Positions 50,636-63,400 of a stretch of DNA of 64,000 nt are shown here, in pieces. The DNA comes from Lama guanicoe (Eukaryota), in assembly GCA_013239625.1 (NCBI GenBank), contig MU053884.1, positions 124,001 through 188,000 on the forward strand, written 5' to 3'. A program made the translations under genes and the position numbers. The notes below the pieces were generated by a model. That model made no database searches, was not told the origin of the DNA, and worked only from the letters and a program-made list of their open reading frames with translations. Position 1 is the first letter of the stretch, and each line of letters begins with the position of its first letter.

Positions 50636-51407
50636 AATTTTTTTAAACTTTACTTTCTTAGTATTCAGAGGTTACAGGCCTCTAATTCTTTTTCTGGGGA
50701 CTTGTCTATGAACCTGTAAATCTATAATTAATGGACAAAACTTGGTTTATTAAAAAAAATCAATAGATTATTCTGCAATCCATCCAAAAGGAAATGCTCA
50801 TTGACATAAAATGTTTCTCCTTTATGGTGATATCTACTTTTTGGTCTAGGTTGATTTATTAACAGCCATCCTTATCATCATAATGACCAAACTCACTCTG
50901 AGAGGAAACCTAACTAAGGCTAAAATGCTTTCCTCATGTTTTACTTCATAGCAGGTGTTTGAGGGTAGGTATCAGAGTCTCATTTTTTGCATCTGAGTGA
51001 TTGAGATATGGTGCAGCTTGTCCCAAATCACACACAGGTGGCGGTGGCTAGCTCTGTGCTGGAACCTAGGCTGCACAGGATGCATTCTCAATTTCTCCTC
51101 CAATCAGCCTCACGTTGAGTGGTTTCCCGAACCCTGTGAGTCCATAAATGGCCGATTTTAGTGATCTCAACCTGATGAGGCCTTCAAAGGAGAGACACCA
51201 TTGAGAATGTGAGACAGAGTGGTATAAATTAAAATCGTACATTTTCACAAATGTTTTATTCTCAAGTAATGACTTAAAAAGTTAATATTTTTTATTTTAG
51301 TGCTCTGTAAGCACTAAAAACAAAACATTAAAAATAATTATAGCACAAAAGAGAAGTGGGCTTTGAAAGTCCAACCATTGCTAATGATGTTACTTGTTTT
51401 TCTCTAG

Positions 51408-51492
51408 TGGTCCATATTGACAGAAATACTTCCAAAGTCTGAATTGGATTTATGTAGTCTTATTATGAAAGGAAATGTTGTCAGTGAATATT
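51408..51492 (+). other. Exon-like segment of unidentified origin
   Basis: Branch-like ctaat, tgtttttctctag acceptor and t|gtaagt donor. One open frame, WSILTEILPKSELDLCSLIMKGNVVSEY, not TRAPPC9-like. Confidence 0.4.
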
Positions 51493-52595
51493 GTAAGTAA
51501 AATCTTGACTCTTTTCTTTTCTGATGATGAATATGTAAGTTGTTTTCAGGGCTTAAGTACATTTCCTTATTTGTGAAATTTGAGTAACATCATTTACCTT
51601 GTCTGACAGTGAGAGATAGACGCCTTGTATACAAAGCACCCAAGAGGTGTTTAATAAAAATGTGCTGTCACAATGACAGATATTTTTGAAGGATCAATTT
51701 TGAATACTAAAGAGGGTGGCTTATTTCTGATGCATATTCAATATGTATATATATGATATATATTAATATGGCTTAAAATAACAAGAATTCAATTTTTTTA
51801 TTGCAGTATGAAGTTTTAATGAAAACTGTATCATTCTAGTGAGACAGGGACAAGTTAAATTGCCTTAAGGAGTCTACCTTGAAGATTACACAGAATGTGT
51901 ATTGTTACAAGTCAGAATACATGTTGCTGTGTAACCATCCATACAGATTTTTAAATTCGTGAGATTCTGACCAGATCCATTAAGTTTAGAAAAATCCACA
52001 TGGATCATTTTCAGGGAATATGCTTCTCTCAATTGTGATTAAAGAAAATTTTGATTTTTCTTCCTACACACTTAACAGGTTTAAAATATCAAAACATTGA
52101 TTTGACATGTCACTTTTTTAATAGAGAGAATAAAGCTCATGCTGTTTTAATATGTAAATAAATGTTTTTGTATTTCAACAAACTTGTATGATTTCCTGGC
52201 TCTTTGAGAAGTACTTTGCAAGATACTTAGATTACTTACTGTTGGAAAAATACTGACGTGACTTTTATGAATATAGGCCTAGAACAGATCGGTTGGTTTT
52301 TGCTACAGTGCAAGACATGAGGCCTAGGAGAGTTTTGCTGCCGATTGCCAGAAGGACAGATCTCAGGTCTCAGTCTCCCCTCCTGTAAAATGAAGTGTCT
52401 GGACTGGATTCTTTCCTCTTCTAAGATGAGTTTCGATGAGCCTGTGTCTTTTGTATATATTCAGGTGTATTAGCAATATAAGATTAAATACTGAATACCC
52501 CATCTTTCCCCCGAAACAAAGTGCAGTGTGTGCTACATAAGCTGTTATTTATCTGATTCTCCTTTCTGATCCTAAAGGCAATTTTTGTATTGCAT

Positions 52596-52920
52596 GTTTC
52601 CCGGCAACCTGGAAGGTCTTTTTAGCAATAGGTGGCGCTATTGCACCTTCTTACAGTCTTAATTTTCCTGTTTGTAAAAGAAGGCTTAAACAACGTTATA
52701 TTATTTTGATTGCTTTGCTTAATGCTTCAGGATAGCACAATGTCCATTATGTCTGTCTAACTGAAAAAATTGTTCTACTTATATCTACGTTTTATTCTGT
52801 CACCTCGATGTGAACATTTCAGACATGCTGTGCAAACAATGGCAAAATCGGTCTTTTCTTCCAGTGTTAGAAACCAGTGAGCCGGAATTTTATAAAACAG
52901 CTAGAAGCGCCCTCTGGAGC
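52596..52920. promoter_or_regulatory. RFX X-box-like motif plus two convergent CTCF-like motifs
   Basis: gtttcccggcaac (52596-52608), gcaataggtggcgc (+, from 52625) and gcgccctctggagc (-, 52907-52920). Motif match only. Confidence 0.45.
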
Positions 52921-55669
52921 ACCTTAAAGCTGAAAAATGTATTGAGTTCCCTGAGTATTGACCCGCCGCTGTGTGTTAGCTAGTGGTAGGAGATTTGGTA
53001 AATATACGAAGAGGTATAGTTTTTTGATTTGGGTTTACGTGCACGTGCTGCCACTGAGCCACGTGAGCCTGAGTCAGTTCGTTCTGAGTTTTTCCCTCGT
53101 CTGTGAAATGGGGACACTCTTATCTGCTTTGTAGAATTGTGAGAATTAGAAATTATGTAGTGTTTAGCACAGTGGGTATGTCAAGAGGGCTCATAAACTT
53201 TAGCTGCTGTTTTGTGTGAAGCCATCATTTTATAGTCTTTGGCAATTGCTAAGAAACAGGAAAATAACAAAAGCTGGTTTTATGCTGAAAGATATTTGAG
53301 GAGGTTCCATAGTTCCTATACCCATAATTTAGCATCTGCAGTGTCAGAACTGTTACACAATCACCCTGAACCAACCTTAAGCCACAGAATTTTTTGTTAC
53401 TTCATATATGTTGGGGCTTAAGGGGATCCAATACTTATACACAGCAGCCAACAGAGAGATGACACTAAAGTGTAGGCAGGCAATATATGTCTTCTTTGTT
53501 ACTGATGAAGCCACTTTCTCTATGATCTTCAGGGCTGGTGGAAAATGCGTGTGATGATACTGTGTCCCAGAAGTAGAAACTCACACTTTCCCAGGTAACT
53601 CTGGGCCACAGCAAGCCTTCCCTTGATAGGATCTACTCCATCATGCACAGGGATGTCCTGCCATGGAGCTGAGAATCCCAGGGACTTCCCAAGGGTGGCC
53701 AACACTGGAGGGAAAGGAAGGGTTTCACATGCCCTGCTTGTCTCTCCGGACCCACACCTCACTCTTTTAGTGTGACGAGAGCTAGCTGTGGGCCAGGGGT
53801 CAGGGGTGTGAAGGGAGAAGCACTCTCCTTGGCCCAGAGGAGTGGGGAGGAGGCATCCCCTCCCTCAGTTTAAACAGGTGGTGAGGTGGAACAGAAAGGT
53901 GCTTCCCAATAGTTTATAAAAGGAGAAATAAGGATTTTCTTTTGGACTTAGACTAGCCAGGAAACACAGGAGATGATTAGAAAGGAAACTTGTAAATCAA
54001 TTTCATATTAAATTGACATTTTTTGAGCACCAAATATGTGCTACATTCTTTTCTGAGAGTTTTACAAAAATGAATCCTTCAAACTTCTCAACAAGTGAGT
54101 AAGGAAAGTTTGTTATCTCAGTTTTACAGTGTGGAAATTGAGGCACACAGAGGGCGAATAAGTTGGCCAAGGTCACAGAGCTAGTAAGTGGCAGGGCTGG
54201 TATTTAAATCCTGGCTGTCTGGTTTTGAGGCTCACAGAGTTGGGCTTTGGGTATTTAGAGGTATCTGCATCCCTGGATCTCTGTACCTCTGTGCATCAGT
54301 TAGCCCAGAAAGAACAGGGAAAGGAGAGTTGCACAGGTGCTCACAATCATGTCTCGGCCACTGTCCATGAAGAGTGCACCATGATTATCGTTAATTGTTT
54401 TCTAGGCAGTAGATCTGTTCATATAATGGAAATTTAGTCCATTGATTTAATCTAGAAACCCTTCCTGCTCTACTTCTGTCCATTCTTGCCATGTGACTGC
54501 CTGCCCGTGATTGGAACGTTGAGGAGAAAACGTACTCATGGTTGAACTTTGATATTTCAGTCTGGTTCATTGTTTCATATTTTCTGTTACATTAATAAGT
54601 TAAGTTTCTGGCTTTCTTGTATCAGTGTCTCATGAGTTTGGTTAATATGAAACCAGTCCATGGGAGCCCAGAGGTGCTGACGGTATAATTTCTGAGCATG
54701 CTGTGTCACTTCTACCCATGCAAACCTCACTGGAGGATATCCGCCTTCCTCACTGATTCCTCCTAACAGCAGGGTCCTCTCCCACCCCCGGATGTGAGGC
54801 TGGGAGCTCTCTGAATAGACCCGTCCGAGACTAAGTCCACCAATCAGAAAATGATGAAGTGCCTGGAAGTGAATTTAACAGAAGAAAAGGGCTTCCAGGT
54901 AGTCTGATGGGCTGTTCGAATCCATTTGGTGAAAAGCTGTCCACTATCTGTGGCTGAGCTGTTTCTTTGCTTTTGAAAATTCTGGATTAGATGAAGGGAT
55001 TTTAAAAAGCAGAAAGGAGTGATTTCAGGTGGTATATCCACACCAGTTAGAAGTGATGGATGACCGCCTCTGTGAGGCCTAAACAGAGTCTTACAAACTT
55101 CATAAAACAGCTTTAAAAGCTCTGCCATCTTAGTGCACTTCATATGGGTTCCAGTTCATCACTGGTCGCTCTGAGAAGTCAAATAATTGATGATGACAGA
55201 AAGGACACGGAGGCATCAAATAGATCTCAGTCATATTTCCTTTTTAAAGGATGTGGCACAGTGTAATATATATGAGCTGGTTTTTCACTGAACAATTTTT
55301 AGTGTTTTCTGGGACTCCCCAGTGCCCCGAGGTTCCATGCAGCTGGGTGTCCCCTCAGTGCAGCTCTGTCAGCTCTTGCTCTGTACTGACGTGGTGTCAC
55401 TGGGAGCAGGATGGTCAGCGTCCCCGGCTCTTCCAAGCTCCGTATCCTCATCTGTAGTGCCGGATTTCTCATCCGTGTCTACTTAGTATGGTTGCTGAGA
55501 ATCACACATGATGCTTATTAAGTCTGATTTCTGGTTGTCTCTGTGATTGGCATATAGTCAATATTTGATAGAAACACTTGTTTTTTTTATTATAATTGTG
55601 GCACCTAGATTGCAGTGGTTTTTAGTCTGCATTTTTTATAACTTTATTCTTATTCTTATATATGCACTT

Positions 55670-55765
55670 ATTTTTATTTATTTTTTTTGGAGGTACTGGA
55701 GACTGAAGGCAGGACATTGTGCATGCTAAGCAGGTGGTCTACAACTGAGTAATACCCACCCTCCT
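55670..55765 (-). mobile_element. Vic-1-like SINE
   Basis: tttttggaggtactggagactgaa...gcatgctaagcaggtggtctacaactgagtaataccc. Confidence 0.75.
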
Positions 55766-56620
55766 TGTCTGCACTTAAAAATAAATATTGCAATACACAA
55801 AATAGCTCTTAAACACTATCATGGAACACAGTCTGTGTATAGACAATTGAACACATATGCTATTTCAATAAGAATAAATGCTGTTGGGACATACCTTTCT
55901 GAATCTGTTAATGTGCTTAAAAGCGATCATAGCTAGTGATAAACAGGAGTCTTGGATCCAGTACTTCTTAGGGTCTGTTTTGCCATCTTGGGAATTTACA
56001 TTCTACAGAGAAGGCTAATTGGATCTCTGATATTTGGATGGTTTAGCAGATGATCAATGCTTTCAAAAGCTGACAGTTTTGTATATAAAACTAACTACAA
56101 AGTTATCTTCTAGAAGTTGGAAGTCCTAAGCTTGTGAAGTGCCCAGTAAACCAGGGGGTATGTGTCTGTGTGAACTTTTATTTGTGTGATTTCAGGAAGG
56201 TAGAAATAAGTTCCATATAGCCTTCTGACACCTTTCTCTTCCAGTTTAAGTGTAGGCATATATTTACACAAAGGAATTGATATTCCTTTGTCGTTTGTCA
56301 TATTAGTGGGAATAAGAGGTTCTCATACTTGTTTCAAAAGGGTTGAGGAGCATGAGTTTAGAAAAGGGGAGGAGAAAGAGGCAAGGAGGCAATTCACACT
56401 TGGTGCTGGATATGAGATACAGCAGCTTTACTTTTCTCTTTTTTCCTAAAGCAAACTGGCACTTAATTGTAGCATACTATTACACAGAATTGCTTTTCTG
56501 ATCAGATACAAGTGCCTCAGATTTTTCAAGGCAACATGAATGATGAAATATGTTTTAACATTTATCTTTAAAAGTAGTTTTATTTTTCAAGTTAAAGACT
56601 ATAGCCTGTTTTTCTTTCAG

Positions 56621-56647
56621 CGGTAAAGGAAATTCTCATTGATCTAT
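56621..56647 (+). pseudogene. TRAPPC9: TRAPPC9-derived 27-nt microexon (approx. human exon 5)
   Basis: gtttttctttcag|cggtaaaggaaattctcattgatctat|gt, 27 nt, phase 1-1. (A)VKEILIDL versus recalled GAQEVLIDP, and in the right order before the next unit's exon 6. Confidence 0.78.
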
Positions 56648-57425
56648 GTACATGATCTATGTGCTTGGTTTCTTTGGGTTTGTTTTTTTTTTAACTGCTT
56701 GTTTCCCTGTGGTGTGAGTGAATGTTTAAAATTTCTGGATTTTGAACTTTAGAACATGCTGTTTTATCAGAACTGTTAAATACCTGATTATTCTTTGGTC
56801 CTCATTTGGTGGGGCACCCTATTGATTTCTGTTGTCTGTTAAAGAGGGAAATTCTTCTTCTAGCCTGCAGATGATTAAATGAATGGTTTGCAGTGTGTCT
56901 TTAAAATTCTTTGAATTAATTGAGCATGTATGTCCAGGGAATTTTGAATTGGCTCATAGTAATGACTTCGTTTTGGTTCTGTGGCTTTTGGTCCTCTTCA
57001 CAAGAATTTGAATTCTCTGTTGCATTTTGTATACGTGTTCTTAACAGGGAAAGAAATTTTGCATTTTTTACAGAGGTGGGTTTTCCTACCCCCTCTGAAT
57101 ACCTTCTGTAATTGACACAACAAAAATCTGTTGTTGCAGTGCTTAAGTATTTCATAAACTATTTTTTGGCTTAACCAGAAACAATGACAATGAGTGATAA
57201 TTAAAAAGTACGAAAACCTTCCTTCCTTTGAAGAATAGAAGTCAGGTGGTCAGGCTCACACATGCTTTGTTCCTGACACACGTACTCTCATGTCATTCCA
57301 TTCCATGATTCGGAGATGGAGTTGCTTCAGGTTTATAGATATTTGTTTTAATATTTGTGTTGAATTCTTTCTCCAGGCTGATGTTTCCTGTTGGGTTTGT
57401 GGAAAGTGTAGAAGGGAAACAAATG

Positions 57426-60400
57426 CTTTGTTTTGTTTTCAGGAGGCCTGAGTTGCTGATGAGAAAAGAGTTGAGGGTGGGCTGAGGAACAGAGTGACAC
57501 TTCCTCTCCTAACGGCTGAAATTAATGAACAATGAAATCAATTAAGTGTATCGGTATTTGACCAATAGAAGTTAGAGGGCCCAAACTGGCTAGTTATGCC
57601 TAATGGAAAGTAGTGAATTCACCTGCAGAATTAGGTGCTTTACCAAGTAGAAGCAGCTTACAGCATTCAGAAAAAAATCATTCCTATATGAGATATAAAA
57701 GAATATAATATCTTTTATTTCTGAAACTTTTCAACGTTAAGTTGTGTAGAGCTAAATTTAATTTTCAAGCACCAGGAGTAAAGAGTGTGGGTGGTTCTGT
57801 GGGATCGTTATTCAGGGAGGTGTCTAGATGCTGCTAGAGTGGCTGAAGCTGGCAGAAAAAGGCCCAGAGCCAGGATTTGTCATCCCAGGTTGTTCTTCAT
57901 AATGGTTCCATGTGGGAGCACATGATTGGGTTAACAAATTCTAACAGACCCCAGCTGCCTGTCAACTTTATAAAGAAAACATATGCTCAGTATCTGCTTT
58001 GCAAGCAGGCGCCTGTGCATCCTCACTCCTGTCTCCTTAACTTAAAAAGCAGAGAAAATGCTTTGCTTGCATAGTTGAGGTTTTAGATAGCACTCTGCTC
58101 ATTGCAAAGCAATGACCCAGGCCCTCAGCTATAAACAATGGGCGTGCATGCTGTTAGATATTCTATTATCCCCAAAATAAGGAACTGGCTGGTCTGGTTG
58201 TCTGCTTTGTAATTCACATGTCTGAAGAATGTATCTTGTTCCCCTCACCCCATGACATCCCTAAAGATAGACTAAGCCTTTATACTCATTGTGGATTCTA
58301 CAATCCCAGTATCATCCAGACTTTCCTCAAGTTCCTACTTATTATCACACAACTGTGAGTGACTTTTTCCTTTGATGATACACAATAAATATGGGAGCAT
58401 TTGAGAGGCTTGTGGAGTTGGCTCCCTACTCCCTCTAGATTACTTAACTTTTTCCACAGTGTCTTGAGTAATTCATTCCGTGTCGGTAAGACTTCTGCCA
58501 GCCAGAACTCACAGTTCCAGGTGAGGAGGATGCAGGCTTTATCTCTCCTACCCGAGGGAGAGAGAGAAGAGAATTGAGATTTGCTCCCCCGTGATCCCTT
58601 CCTGCCCCAGGGCCATTCCAGTTCACTTGCAAACTTCTGGCCTCTGCTCACAGGGCCTCTATCCCAGGACTGACCACAGCCTTTTATTCCATGGTCAACA
58701 TTTCCTGTGCCTTTCAGAAGTTGGTCTCTTCTCTGCAGTTCAACCCTGGCAGATGTGATGGTGGTCAGCGTGCTGTTGGGCAGTCACTTGGGGACTGCCA
58801 GGAGCCATGCTGATTCCCCTGAGTCCCTCACTCAGGGTTATAGAACTGTCGAGCAACGGAGGAAGCCCATTCACGTGAGGTCAGCACAGCATTGCATCAC
58901 TTTCATTTTATTTTTGAATTTTCAGTGGAGAGATTACTTGTAGCAAACTGTTCCAGATTTTCAGCCACCTGCTTTCCTCACCACCATCCCATTGTTGGCT
59001 CTGGTCCTTGTTTTAAGAACCAGGTTTCTTCTCTGGTCATTTCTAGCAGCTGGGCTTCCCGAATCCTTGATCTGCATTTGAAGCAGAATGCTTCTTCATA
59101 TGTCAAACTGATTTTCCTATTTCTGAATATTTCATGTACACTCAGCAACTGTTTCAAGTGAAATGCTCGTGTCCAATTTCGGTTAACTCACATTTGCTGA
59201 TCTGCTGCTTTCATGCTGAGGGCAGTCTCTTCTTCCTGTAATAAAAGTTAGCAATTTGCATTTCCTATGGGAAGGTATTGGCCCAAGGTGCTTGTGTTCT
59301 TAACAATTTTAATACAATTCACCCATTAAAATGTACAGCGGTTTTTACTCTATACCCAGAATTGTGCACCCCAATCAATCTTAGAACATTTTCATCCCCT
59401 CAACAGGAAACCCCATATGCATAAGCAGTCATTCCGAACTTCCCCATCCTCCCCCAGCCCCAAGGAGAAAGTCTTCTCTCTCTGTGGATTTGCCTGTGCT
59501 GGACATTTCATGTAAATTCAGTCATTTCATGTAAATGGAACTGTCTATTGTGACTGACTTCTTTCACACTGAGTAACGTTTTCATTGTTTGTCCACGTTG
59601 TGGCCTGCGTCAGTAATCTCTGCTTTGCTATTGCTGAATAATATTCCACTGTATGGCTGGGCTCCACTGTTTACCCATTCATCAGATGATAGGCATTTTG
59701 GTTGTTTCTGCTTTTTGCATGTGTTGAGTAGTGGCGGCGTGAAAATTCCTGTAGGAGTTTTTATGTGGACTTTTTTTTCAGTACTCTTACGTGTGTGCCC
59801 AGACAGAAAAATTGCTGGGTCATTCAGAAACCAAATTTTCAACTTTCTGAGGACCTGCTAGGCTGTTTTCCAAAGTGGCCACTCTGTGTTACATCCTCAC
59901 CAGCAAGGGCTGTTGTTTCCACTTCTGTGTCCTCATTAGTGCTTGTTACAATTTTTTTGATTATAACCTGTTGTAGTGAGTGTGAATTGGTTTCTCCTAG
60001 TGATTTTGACATGATTTCAATTACAGCTAATGATCTTGAACATCGTTTCATTGTGCTTATTGGCCATTTGTATATTTTCCTTGAAAAACTCCTTTTCAGA
60101 TCCTTTATTCAATTTTTAATTGAGTTGTATTTTATTGTTAAGTTGTAGGATTTCTTTTTTTTCTTTTGGAGATACAAATTCCTTATCAGATAAATGATTT
60201 GAAAAAATTTTCTTCTGTGTGTTGTTTTTTCACTTTCTGGATGGTGTCCATTGAAGCAAAGATTTAAATTTTGGTGAACTCCAATTTATCTCTGTTTTCT
60301 TTGTTCCTAGTGCTTTTGGGGTAATATTTAATATCTGAGGTATTTTACTTAAACTTTTATATATAAGAAACAAAATTCTTAGGACCGTTCTAGAAGACGG

Positions 60401-63400
60401 GTGCTGTTGTTGTCCCCAGTCTATGGATAGGAGACTGAGATGCAGAAAATTTCACTGACATATCGGTTTCCCAGCTACCCAGTGCTGTGGGAGTTCAGCC
60501 CTTCATGTTTGTACCCAGCATCTGTGTTCTTCACCACCATGCTCCACTCCTTCCTGGAATCGTTAATGAAAAACTCTTTCCTTTTTTGATTTCTTGTTAG
60601 TTTGTTTTCTCATTGGGGACCTCATCTCCTCATTTTCCTTGCAAAGATCAATGTAGTTTTATTTTAGGTCTCATGTAGGCAGAAGCATTGCTATCAGTTA
60701 ACTTCTTTATTACTCACTCTCCAGTGATGATTGTTGCTAGTTGACTTAATCAAGTCATGCTTAACTCTTTCCTGCTCATGACACTAAAAACAGAGTCATG
60801 ACTTACAGAATGCTCAAAAAAGAAAGCACTTGATTGATTTTATTTTGCTAACCAATCAAACCAATCAAATAAAAACCCCGGTGTTGACACAGACTATAAA
60901 CCCTCCAGAATAGGGTCACTGTCTTCCTTGTGTTTCATTTGACTTCCTTGTGTTTGTTTGGTCACAGTGTCTGGATAGTGCCTTGCTGCCCAGCAGTTTT
61001 GTTAGGATACGGTGCTCGTGAATCATTGTAAGGACAGAATTTTGACAACAGACTGTGTTGTTCATTTCACGAGGGAAAAGATATTATAGAAATACTGCTC
61101 AGATTTATTTTAAAACTAAGCTTGGAATTTTGAGAAAAGTTCAAGGAACCATGCAAAGATTTTTTCACTAATTTTAGATCTATCTTAGACGCATTATGGT
61201 TACAGAGCAGACTAATTTATCAACTAGATTTGACAAGAGGAGTGTATTACTGACTATTTGTTTCAGTTGAAATATTCTACCTGGGATAAAGTAATCAGTG
61301 CACATAAATGGACAAATATATTTGTATTTCTATGCAATATGGGAGCAGACTCCATATGTTAGTATATAATATATATGATTGTCTGTTTTAATCTGTCAGT
61401 GTTTTTATAGTTTTTCAGCCATGACTTAAATTTATAATTCTTCTAAGAAATCACCCCCAATTCTAGTGCAGTTTGTACTGTGTATCCTGTCTTATGCATT
61501 GGATTCCACGGTCCCCTCAGTGAGGAATTTCCTCTCCTACTGAGTTAGTAACAGAGATAAATGAACTGTGATTTCTAGGCCTTTGCTCTACATGTGTTGG
61601 CAGTTGGCGGTCAATCACGATTTTCCCTTCCTTGAGTTTTCATTTTTCAATTAGAATTTTTGAAAATAACTATTAATATGTTGCAACGGTCTCCCTAGAA
61701 ACTTGATGTGTTTGTGCTTTTCAGTTTTAAATTTATGAAAAATGTAAATTCGCTTTTGTTTTTAAGTAGCCCTTTTTCGCTAGATATTTGTTTACCTCTT
61801 TGTAGTTAAAATATTTTTTTCCCAATGAATGAATCAGTGTGCATGTTTTAAATGATATCTTACTTTTTATTTCTCTTATTTTAACAGTAATATTCATTGC
61901 AGAGAATTTAGGAAATAAAGATAAACACAATAATAAGTTAAAAATGGCCTCTAATCTCAACTGGAGATATAGTTGTAAGGTTTGAAATTGAGAATTACAA
62001 GTCCTCTCAAGTTGTTCTTCTTTTTCAAGTACGTTTTGGTTACTGAGACACTCGAATTCCCATATGAATTGTAGCAGCATCTAGTCAGTTTCTGCAGAGG
62101 AGCCCACTGGGATTGTGATCGAGACCACATTGAACATACAGATAGCTCTGGGGATCATTTGCATTCCAAGAGCACTGTCTTCTGATCCAGGAATGTGCGT
62201 GGTGTGTCTGTCCAGGTATTTAGGTCTTCTTTAATTTTTTTTTCAACAATGCTTTGAGTCTACAGAGTAGTATTTTACTTTATATATCTTTTTTTTGCCT
62301 TTATACTGAGGACAAGTGTGCAAGGTACCTGTATCAGAAGTATATTTGAGCCCCACCTCTTGCTGCCACCATGGTCGCTGCACTCTTGTTTCGCCCACTG
62401 TACAATCTTGCACAGTATAGACCTCAGTAACTCTCTCTTCAATGAATGATTATATGATTGTTGGATGATGCTTGAGAGTCCTTGTGATGATTTTTTTCCC
62501 ATCCTTTCCCCAATTCTTAACTATGCCCTTTCTCTTCCTTTCCTCCAGTCTTGGTTTCAGCCTACCTGTGGCATTGATTTTTCTTGTCTGTAGACACTTC
62601 CTTTCAGTGGTTCATGATAATGTTACATGTGGGTTGTGGAAACTTGCTAGATGTCAAGAAAGAGCAAATCGATTGCATGCTAGTATTTTTAGAGTATGTT
62701 ATTCGTTTATCAATTGAAATTAAATCAGGCTTACACCCTGAGCCATCCTGTGAGCCCTTTTCACCTTCCTACAGGTGATACTGCTCTGATTGCTGCATAT
62801 GCACTTTCCCAGCCTTGGTTTTGGAGTTGAGTATGTCACCATCAGTGGAGCCCTCTCGTTAAAAGATGAAGAGAACATTTGCTCCTTCACTCTGTTTGGG
62901 GACTTGGATGAGGTGAGGTACCAGATAAAGAATGGAGCCCCAACTCATTCTGACCCCAGCTTTTTCCATTCTTTCTCCAGGGTAAAAGAGTACAATACAA
63001 CAATATAAAGATTGATTGTGAGCTAATGAGATAGACAAGACAACCGATCATTTATTAAATATCCTTTCATGCCAGAAACAAATGTATTATACACACAAAA
63101 AGCACATAAAGCATGGTAGTACTATGGTTACAATTGTGGGCCCGAGTTCGAGTCCTGCTCTGGAGTGACCAGTCCTGTGAGATAGAGAACTGGTAGGTCG
63201 GCTTAGCCTCTCCTGGACTTGTTTGCTGTCCTGCAGAGCTTGCTTGCTTGCGTCCCCCTCGTAGAGATGCTGTGGGGTGTAAATAATGCGCGTGAGCAGC
63301 CTGAGCACAGCTGCTCGTTCCTCGTAAGTGCAGGATAGCATAGCTTTTGCAGTGACAGCTTTATGACCGCCCAATGTAGATTCTCTGTGCTCCAAAGGGA

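Noticed and set aside
57073..57476. Short exon-like stretches (EVGFPTPSEYLL; RPELLMRKELR)
   Set aside because: Weak donors, no recognisable protein match and too short to support without a search.
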